DNA of 64,000 nucleotides from Podospora anserina (Eukaryota): NCBI GenBank assembly GCA_017654855.1, contig CM030336.1, positions 3,410,001 to 3,474,000 of the forward strand, read 5' to 3'. Shown piece by piece: positions 60,701 to 64,000 of this stretch (position 1 is its first letter; each line of letters starts with the position of its first letter). The notes under the pieces were generated by a model. It saw only the letters and a program-made list of their open reading frames with translations, ran no database searches and was not told where the DNA came from. The position numbers and the translations under genes were made by a program.

Positions 60701-63004
60701 ACGGCACCTTCACGTTGATGTCCAGATGACCGTATTTAAACTTTGTGCTTTCTTGCTTGCAGTAGCGGTGTCCCTGTCTTGAAATGCCCTGCCCCTCCTT
60801 TTTTTGGCCTGATCTCTTGCCCGAGCAAGAGCAGGAGATACCTGACCCCAACCGGAACCGACCGCCTGTTGTAATAAATGCAGTGTATGTAGAAGAAGAG
60901 AAAACAAATCAGAGAGCAGGACAACACCTCTTGGTGGCTGGGCTGGGCGCGCATTATACGAAGATAGAGTTGCAATATTAGAGGGGCAAACCGGAAGTTA
61001 TATTGAGAAGGCAGGCAAGCGTGGCAGCACCTACCTGCACCTGCACCGCACCTGCACCAAAACAAAAGTTGATCAGACGAAAGGAAGGTCCAACCTCCTC
61101 CCGGTCCCATTGCCTCTGTCCCTCCCGTGGTGCCCCTCGTGCCCCTCGTGCCCCTCCAAAATAGCCACTGGCTGTCCCAATAATCTGGACGCCGGCCATG
61201 GTATTAAACTGTCTAGCGCCGAGAGCTAAGCTCTTTCAGGGTCGAGATCGGGAAAGTGAGGGGTCGGGTTCTTTATCATAGTTTCTTGGAGCTTCTTGTA
61301 GGTAGGCAGTGTTCAAGATCGCACCGAAACAAGAGAAAGTGCGCCCTTCCCGCAACCGTTCTCTGCCCGGACTTGGCTGCGTTGGGTGTGGCCAGAAAGA
61401 TCCATGCTCAAGTCCGTCTCATCCCATGTCTTTGGTTCCTTTGTCTGCTTCGCCCTGACAATCACCATCACTCTCGCCATCGTCATCAACCAGGAATCTC
61501 ATCGAGGCATCCACGCATCAGAACACACACGGAGGCGGTCCCTGTCCCGGCATTAACCTTCACATCTTCAACTCCCCAAAGTCTCCAAACATCCTGCTTC
61601 CAAGGCTGCAGGCTGCCGGGAGCTGTCCTATCACAGGAAGCTGCAGCAACCCAGTCCAAGCAGTCCCCAAGTCTGTGTGACAGCACCAAAGAAAGCGTAT
61701 GCCAAGCCCAGGCCCGGCGCAACTGTGCGGTAATCCTCACCACCTATCGACCATTTTGTTGGTGTCTGACGGGTTGCGGTTCTCCTGCCTTTTTCTTTTC
61801 TTTTCTTCTGTTGCCCACCTCACCACCATCTACGGATAGTAGCGAAACGTTGTTCGATTTCTCGTCTTGCATTTCCACCAACCGCGTCACGACATACATC
61901 GCTCCCCGCTGCATTTTGTCCGATAGGGAAAACATTGCATGGGCTGCATTCAGCCAGGCCCGCGGTAAGAAAGCATCTACTCACGGTGGTTGGCCCATCA
62001 CTACAGTAGTTCGTCAGCAAGGGCGGCGGACGAGCCACCCAACGAGCCAACTGGAAGCTTGAGTCCCGACCGAGATCTGGACCACGGCTAGCTGCTGAGC
62101 TGCTGCAACTGGAACTGGAAACTTACAGGTGGTTGGCCAAGCATTCGAGGTCAACTAACTCAACTCATTTTTCGCCCACTCTCCCTCCCACTGCAGATAT
62201 TCCGGTGTCTGCTGTCGCAGGCTGTCTGGAGGTTGTATTGTTGATCTGCCAGCCCCCTTTTGGACAAGCCTGCGTTGGACGGCCCACCCGGACGACAGGT
62301 CTTCGCCACACTTCCGCACCCCCCTGCCATCTGCTGTCCAGCAGCGCAGCGTCTCATATCGCAGGCACATTTTTGGCTGACGCTTTTTCACCTTCGCTGT
62401 CTGGGACCTGCTTCTGCCTTTTCTGACAGAGCACTTGGCGCATTCATCTTTTCCACTCACCAAGGGAATGTGTTTGCGGTGATCGACCTGCTTCCTGTTC
62501 AGCCTGTGCCTGTGCCGCCCTCAGGAACCCCACCACGAATCCCGGAAGACCCAGGGAGACGACAGGGAAGCCAGGGGAAACGACAAGCTCTGGGTTGCTT
62601 CCCGTCGCCATCTTTTTTTTCTTCCCACAGAAACCCAACCTTGCGACCGAAGAGAAAAAAAAGCCGCTATCCGGGGCCCCTTGGTGCAATCATCATCACA
62701 AGACAACACGCTTTCTGGCTAACGAGCACGAGCACCAGCAAGCTTTCGAATGATCAGCCTCCGCCGGCCCCTTTTCTCCCTATCCTCCTGCCCCTCTCCC
62801 TCTCCGACCACTCTCTTTTGTCCCTAGCTCAATCATTCCCAAACAACGCCGCCGGCTCCCCGCACTTACCCCTGCCGCGGACTCGGTCGTCTCAGCCTCA
62901 CCGGGCAAGCCCACGCATATCTACCCTGAACCCCTCGCCTGTGCTCCCGCATCTGGTTGCACTCTTGCATCACCCTCCCTCACCCACCACAGGCACCTCC
63001 CACC

Positions 63005-64000
63005 ATGGCTGCAGCTTTTCGCCCAGTCAACACACCGCTCCTGGCAGCGGACTCCATCAAGGACGAAATACCCCCTTCTTCCACGACTTTGATGGCGACA
63101 ACGACGACAACAACAACGATGACGACACCGAGACCGAGCACAGCGCCTTCGCAGGCTTCACGGCCTGTTGACGAAGCCACGACACCAACACGAGCAAACT
63201 TTGGAACAGGCGTATTGGCATCTCAGAAACCACTTCCGACATCACCATTTCCCGAGTCGGTACAAGTCCCCGAACCCACGACGGAATCCACACCCAAGCG
63301 AGAAAATTCGCAGCACTCGAGGAAGTCTAGGGACTCGGACGACATGGACATGGATGACTCAGATGGAGAACACGGTGAGGAAGTTGGATCAGACGACGAC
63401 AGCGAGAACGCCGACGGAACAAAGTCGAAGAAGAAAAAGTCGCAGCGATTCTATTGCACGGATTATCCACCGTGCAATCTGAGCTTTACCAGGAGCGAGC
63501 ATTTGGCCCGCCATATCAGGTACGTACTACAACCATATTTTCCGTTGGAAAATAAGAAGCAGGAGGTATTGACGAGGAGGTCACCGCAGAAAACACACTG
63601 GAGAACGCCCCTTCCAATGCCACTGCTCCAGACGATTCTCTCGACTCGATAACTTGAGACAACATGCACAAACAGTGCATGTGAACGAAGATATTCCGAT
63701 TGACTCGCTAGCAGCGACAGGAACAAGATTTCAGAGACAGATCAGGACCGACAGGGTGCGGCCAACGACTGGCAGGGCAAGAGCGGCGACAGCTGGCAGT
63801 GTTGGACCTGGGGGTCGAGGACACTCGAAGTCTCTGTCAACATCTAGCATCACAAGCATGGCTTCGATAGCCTCGGCCTATGGTGGTGGTGAGGCACGCC
63901 GACGTCCGCCTCCTCTGGTCATGGCCGACCCCCGATCCCGACTTTCTCTCGAGTCATATCGCGGACCGGATGGTCAATACTATAGGGCCGCCTCACCGGA
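63005..64000 (+). CDS. nsdC: C2H2 zinc-finger transcription factor, NsdC-like; 5' part, runs off the right edge; intron ~63520-63589
   Basis: [62 protein letters not shown] start; KSKKKK NLS. Confidence 0.85.

Noticed and set aside
61256-63171. 268-aa and 303-aa ORFs upstream of the C2H2 gene
   Set aside because: Non-ATG starts, low-complexity leader-like sequence, out of frame with the TF.

Overview
Eukaryotic DNA from a filamentous ascomycete: short GT-AG introns with CTRAC branch points, HET and NACHT genes, and a composition suggestive of Sordariales such as Podospora (taxon is inferred). Left to right: the 5' part of a reducing PKS; an accessory patch with two divergent orphan coiled-coil ORFs, a fossil protein kinase and a complete 1.3-kb Tc1-type (DD34E) transposon inserted in a stop codon; then core-like genes (PMCA-type Ca2+-ATPase, a probable unannotated 45-aa micro-protein, DUF1996 protein, hexapeptide-repeat O-acetyltransferase with a C-terminal TM helix, phosphoketolase, Zn2Cys6 TF/RTA1 pair, GT31 glycosyltransferase). 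From about 35.6 to 55.9 kb lies a decaying non-self-recognition/cell-death island: a NACHT NLR, two divergent kinase genes fused back-to-back by an apparent deletion (one a kinase-HET gene with an array of 3-9 nt in-frame micro-exons), a second HET pseudogene, a secreted HExxH protease and a BAS2-like protein. The window ends with tRNA-Lys(CTT) and the 5' part of an NsdC-like C2H2 TF. All calls are from motif reading only; no searches were run.
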